Assembly: GCA_964500905.1 (NCBI GenBank)
Contig: CAZCQT010000001.1
Coordinates: 1 to 26,412, forward strand
From: an uncultured Moorellales bacterium
Lineage (GTDB): Bacteria; Bacillota; DULZ01
DNA: 26,412 bases
Direction: 5' to 3'
Within the stretch, counting starts at the first letter, position 1; every line of letters begins with the position of its first letter. Shown here piece by piece: positions 23,136-26,412 of this stretch. The notes under the pieces were generated by a model that saw only the letters and a list, made by a program, of their open reading frames with translations, was not told where the DNA came from and did not search any database. A program made the position numbers and the translations under genes.

Positions 23136-25325
23136 TTACTGTGCAATATAGGTCCTGGTCCATTCTGCAAGAGGAGGTGCCTTTCCTTCATATAAAATAC
23201 TCTGCCATTTTTTATCTGTTAAACGATCGGTAAGAGGCCAGGTAAATTCATAATGAGAATAAACCTTACCCTTGGCAATTCTGGGAACGCCCTCTACCAT
23301 AACCAAGACATAAATATCAAAAACATTACCTGTTGCCTCCTGTAAAACCATTCCATTAGGATCGGTGGCCACATCTGCCACTAAAGCAGCGGGGTTCTCA
23401 GAAACAGCCGAGCGATGGGAAACACCCTCATCGGACAAAGCCTCCAGCCAAAAATGCTCCAGCTGGCCGCCATAGGAACGAATCAAATTATGCTCTTCCT
23501 TGGTAAGGGACTCACCGGCTAATTCTTTTGAGGATATCATTTTTAAAGAAAAGGCCAATTGCCACAACCGCTCTAAACTGTCTTGATCCCTTTCATTTAA
23601 AAGACCCCGGGAAGCCAGACCTACTTTTGTTGTTTCAACTAAAGCGGCCAAACGACCATACAGATCCGGGTTGGGCTCTACATAACCCCGATCGTCTATT
23701 TCACCGCCGCCGCCCCCCATTTCAGCATAGACCTGTTTTGCATGTAAGATGGTATCATGCTTTAGCTCCGTCCAACTGGATAAAAAGGTGGCCAATTCTT
23801 TTCGTTGCCAAGCTTGGTTTTGCATAAAAAGTGGGTAAGCTTCCCCTTTTTCCGTGATAAGTGCCCTTAAAGTATCCAGCCAGCCCCAGTACAAATTTTG
23901 TGTCCACATTTCTCGGCTTAATCCGGCGATATATTGCTGTAATTTATGCATATTTTCGCTGTAGCCCGCAAAATCCACATCTCCCTCGGCCACCAAAATA
24001 GAGTAGGCCTCTTTAGAACCCATAGCAGCCGGAATATCAAGTGCCTTGGGTAACAGCCTCTTTTCACCTTTGCTATTTTCTTTTACATCACGGTAGACCA
24101 AGTTTTGAAAAATATCCCCATCTAAAGTATAGCGTTGACCCATAAAGCGAAAACCCTTAATATCTTCTTCGCGATCAGCTTGCAGGTCTTCTTCAAAAAT
24201 GGGAATGGAATTAAGGGCGGGCCCCTCCAATTGGCTAATCAGCTCCATAAAACTTTCCCATTTATCCTCATTGGAAACTAAATCGGCCAGTGTAACCCCC
24301 TCGCCATAACTTTTCTCCAGTTGCTTCTGATATTCAAAATAGGACAAATCGTCACTTTTGCCCACAAAAAAGTTGGTAGGCTCATAGATTGTTTCCCATT
24401 TTTCTTTATTTTCTTTTCCCTCTAGGATTAAGGTCATCAAAACAGCTGATTTTGTTTCATCTTCATTATTTGTTCTAAAGGTCATCCTTCCATACCACAT
24501 CATTGCTTTGAAATATGATTCCAGTTGTTCGCTGGCAGTATAATGCCCCCTGGGGATATATTGAGAGTAATCCTCCTTAAAAGCCTCTTCAATTGAGAGT
24601 TCTTGCCCCATATTCATTAACGGGGAAAAATCAATTCCGCCACAATCGGCTATAAGGGACAGCTCTTCCTTTGCCACTTCCGTAACTTCACTGGGAATTA
24701 CCACCTTGGAATCTAGAAGCTTGCCTGCAACAGCAAAAAAACCCACATTTCTTTTAGCAGCATTTTCCCAGGCTCCTCCTTTTAGAGTCTCGTATTGCTT
24801 TTGGGATTCCTTAAGCATGGATTTGGTCAAATCTTGCAATGTTTGTTCCAGCTTTTCCTTTTCAATCACTCTCAACAGATGACTGAAAAATAGATGGTAA
24901 TTGTGTAGCATGGAATCCGTAGTAATAAAGCTAGGTATGGCGGCATATGAATTCATTTCATAATCGATATAAAACTCCTGGGATAAAGCAGGTACCACAA
25001 CAAACCCGTTTTTCACAAGTAGCTTTTCTGCTTGGGAAGAAAACTTGAATTGCTCCCTATTAATAGTGTTTTCAAGCTTTAAATCCACAGCAATATTCGC
25101 TATTTCCGATTCTTCCTTCCACGGGGTATCTTGATCTGGGCTCGTTTGAGCATCTTGCTCCCCTACTGCCCCGTTATTATGATTAACATCTAAAGATACA
25201 TCTGTCTGCCCTGACTTATCCCCAATATTATCTTGTTTTGGCAAGTCAACCTGTTTGCCGCAGCCCACCCCCAAAATGATCAATGAACCGAGTAATACTA
25301 AAGCAATCAACCACTTTCTTTGCAT
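23136..25325 (-). CDS. DUF3160 domain-containing lipoprotein
   Basis: ATG 25325 after AAGGAGG. Lipobox 'ILGVG|C'. Family motifs 'FITTDSMLHNYH', 'DYSQYIPRGHY', 'FRFMGQRY', 'SSWTELKHDTILHAKQ' and 'GYVEPNP'. Confidence 0.9.
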   Translation of the reverse strand: MQRKWLIALVLLGSLIILGVGCGKQVDLPKQDNIGDKSGQTDVSLDVNHNNGAVGEQDAQTSPDQDTPWKEESEIANIAVDLKLENTINREQFKFSSQAEKLLVKNGFVVVPALSQEFYIDYEMNSYAAIPSFITTDSMLHNYHLFFSHLLRVIEKEKLEQTLQDLTKSMLKESQKQYETLKGGAWENAAKRNVGFFAVAGKLLDSKVVIPSEVTEVAKEELSLIADCGGIDFSPLMNMGQELSIEEAFKEDYSQYIPRGHYTASEQLESYFKAMMWYGRMTFRTNNEDETKSAVLMTLILEGKENKEKWETIYEPTNFFVGKSDDLSYFEYQKQLEKSYGEGVTLADLVSNEDKWESFMELISQLEGPALNSIPIFEEDLQADREEDIKGFRFMGQRYTLDGDIFQNLVYRDVKENSKGEKRLLPKALDIPAAMGSKEAYSILVAEGDVDFAGYSENMHKLQQYIAGLSREMWTQNLYWGWLDTLRALITEKGEAYPLFMQNQAWQRKELATFLSSWTELKHDTILHAKQVYAEMGGGGGEIDDRGYVEPNPDLYGRLAALVETTKVGLASRGLLNERDQDSLERLWQLAFSLKMISSKELAGESLTKEEHNLIRSYGGQLEHFWLEALSDEGVSHRSAVSENPAALVADVATDPNGMVLQEATGNVFDIYVLVMVEGVPRIAKGKVYSHYEFTWPLTDRLTDKKWQSILYEGKAPPLAEWTRTYIAQ

Positions 25326-25420
25326 TATTTTGCCTCCTTCTAGCAAAAGTTTCAATTTAGATACATCTGCACCTGAATGAGAATTTATTCGTAGCATTGC
25401 CGATTATTTTCTATTGATAT

Positions 25421-25454
25421 GTAATTAATTACTCTACTGATAATCAGTATAGCA
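25421..25454 (-). promoter_or_regulatory. Extended -10 promoter (TGCTATACT) with overlapping palindromes
   Basis: Minus-strand TGCTATACT at 25454-25446. TACTGA-N3-TCAGTA at 25435-25449 and GTAATTAATTAC at 25421-25432. Confidence 0.5.
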
Positions 25455-25486
25455 TATTTTTTTACAGATTCGTCCAGGAAGAAGCA

Positions 25487-25525
25487 AAAAGAATACTGCA
25501 TCTTAAATTAAGTGCAGTATCTTTT
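25487..25525 (-). terminator. Rho-independent terminator after the PEPCK gene
   Basis: ATACTGCA/TGCAGTAT core stem flanked by AAAAG and CTTTT. The A-run on + gives a U-tract on minus. Confidence 0.75.
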
Positions 25526-25558
25526 AGATTGCAAACAGTTTATCTGATTTTATTAGGA

Positions 25559-26412
25559 TTAAGCTTCCAACCTTTTTTCTAAGGCTGTAAGCTGATCCCT
25601 TAGTTCCCTAGGAAGTTTATCGCCGTAGGTTTTGTAGTTTTCTTTTATGGATTCAATTTCTTCAAGCCATCCCTCTACATCTACCTTAAGAAGTTTTTCC
25701 ATATCTTCCTTGCTCACATTGAGGCCTTCAACATCAATAGCATCCCCAGCCGGCATATATCCGATGGAAGTCTTAACGGCCTTGCCTTTTCCCGATACTC
25801 TTTCAACAATCCATTTTAGAACACGGCTGTTCTCACCAAAGCCGGGCCATAAAAATCTTCCGTCATCATCTTTTCTGAACCAGTTCACATAGAAGATTTT
25901 AGGAAGCTTATCAGTTGCGGTTTTTTCCCCAATTTCAAACCAGTGCTGCATATAGTCACCCACATGATACCCAATAAAAGGCAACATAGCGAAGGGATCT
26001 CTTCTTACCTGACCGATTTTATCTGAAATGGTGGCTGCAGTTATCTCCGAGCCCATGATAGATCCTAGAAATATACCATGTTGCCAGTCAAAGCTTTCAT
26101 GCACCAAAGGCACGATATTCCTGCGCCTTCCCCCTATAAGAATGGCTGAAATGGGCACCCCGTCCGGATCTTCCCATTCTTTTGCTATGCTGGGACATTG
26201 TTTTGCCGGAGCCGTAAATCTTGCGTTGGGGTGAGCAGCCTTTTTTTTCGAACCCCGATTCCAATCCTTACCCCTCCAGTCAATAAGGTGCTCAGGGGCA
26301 TCCACTCCAATTCCTTCCCACCATACGTCCTTATCGTCGGTAATAGCACAGTTGGTAAAGATGGAATTCTTTTGCATAGTAAGCATAGCATTGGGATTAG
26401 AATCCATTGCTG
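25559..26412 (-). CDS. pckG: Phosphoenolpyruvate carboxykinase (GTP), 3' part; the start lies beyond the window
   Basis: 'FTNCA', 'AHPNARF', 'GVPISAILIGGRR', 'DPFAMLPF', 'YVNWFRKD' and 'WPGFGENSRVLKW' are hallmarks of GTP-PEPCK. The frame is open to the window end. Confidence 0.96.
   Translation of the reverse strand, partial: AMDSNPNAMLTMQKNSIFTNCAITDDKDVWWEGIGVDAPEHLIDWRGKDWNRGSKKKAAHPNARFTAPAKQCPSIAKEWEDPDGVPISAILIGGRRRNIVPLVHESFDWQHGIFLGSIMGSEITAATISDKIGQVRRDPFAMLPFIGYHVGDYMQHWFEIGEKTATDKLPKIFYVNWFRKDDDGRFLWPGFGENSRVLKWIVERVSGKGKAVKTSIGYMPAGDAIDVEGLNVSKEDMEKLLKVDVEGWLEEIESIKENYKTYGDKLPRELRDQLTALEKRLEA

Noticed and set aside
1-26412. CRISPR array, IS/transposase, prophage, rRNA or tRNA genes
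   Set aside because: No regularly spaced repeats, DDE/HUH/integrase motifs, phage genes or cloverleaf/rRNA signatures were seen on either strand.

Overview
Chromosomal window from a low-GC, spore-forming anaerobic Firmicute that makes c-type cytochromes. The taxonomy is inferred from gene content. Left to right: a 5'-truncated DUF4179-like protein; two convergent c-di-GMP enzymes (a heme c/DUF3365-PAS-GGDEF cyclase and a membrane GAF-GGDEF-EAL protein); a divergent pair of uncharacterised genes; a structured ~124 nt intergenic element; an ABC exporter (ATPase plus large permease); ~1.2 kb of broken small ORFs; a spoVA2mob-like cluster (DUF1657, DUF421-DUF1657, spoVAC, spoVAD, spoVAEb); nrfH-nrfA; a convergent two-gene unit encoding an NrfA-like pentaheme lipoprotein cytochrome and a heme c-bearing chemoreceptor; ung; a polyprenol/DAG-kinase-like gene coupled to an atypical CDF-fold protein; a Uma2 fragment; a DUF3160 lipoprotein; and the 3' part of GTP-dependent PEP carboxykinase. 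No rRNA, tRNA, CRISPR array or transposase is supported. The best candidate for an undescribed system is the cytochrome plus chemoreceptor pair. The cytochrome has His where NrfA has its catalytic Lys, its probable operon partner carries a CxxCH sensor domain, and both sit next to nrfHA. This suggests a redox-taxis module, possibly paralleled by the heme c-sensing diguanylate cyclase. All family assignments come from motif recognition, not database searches.
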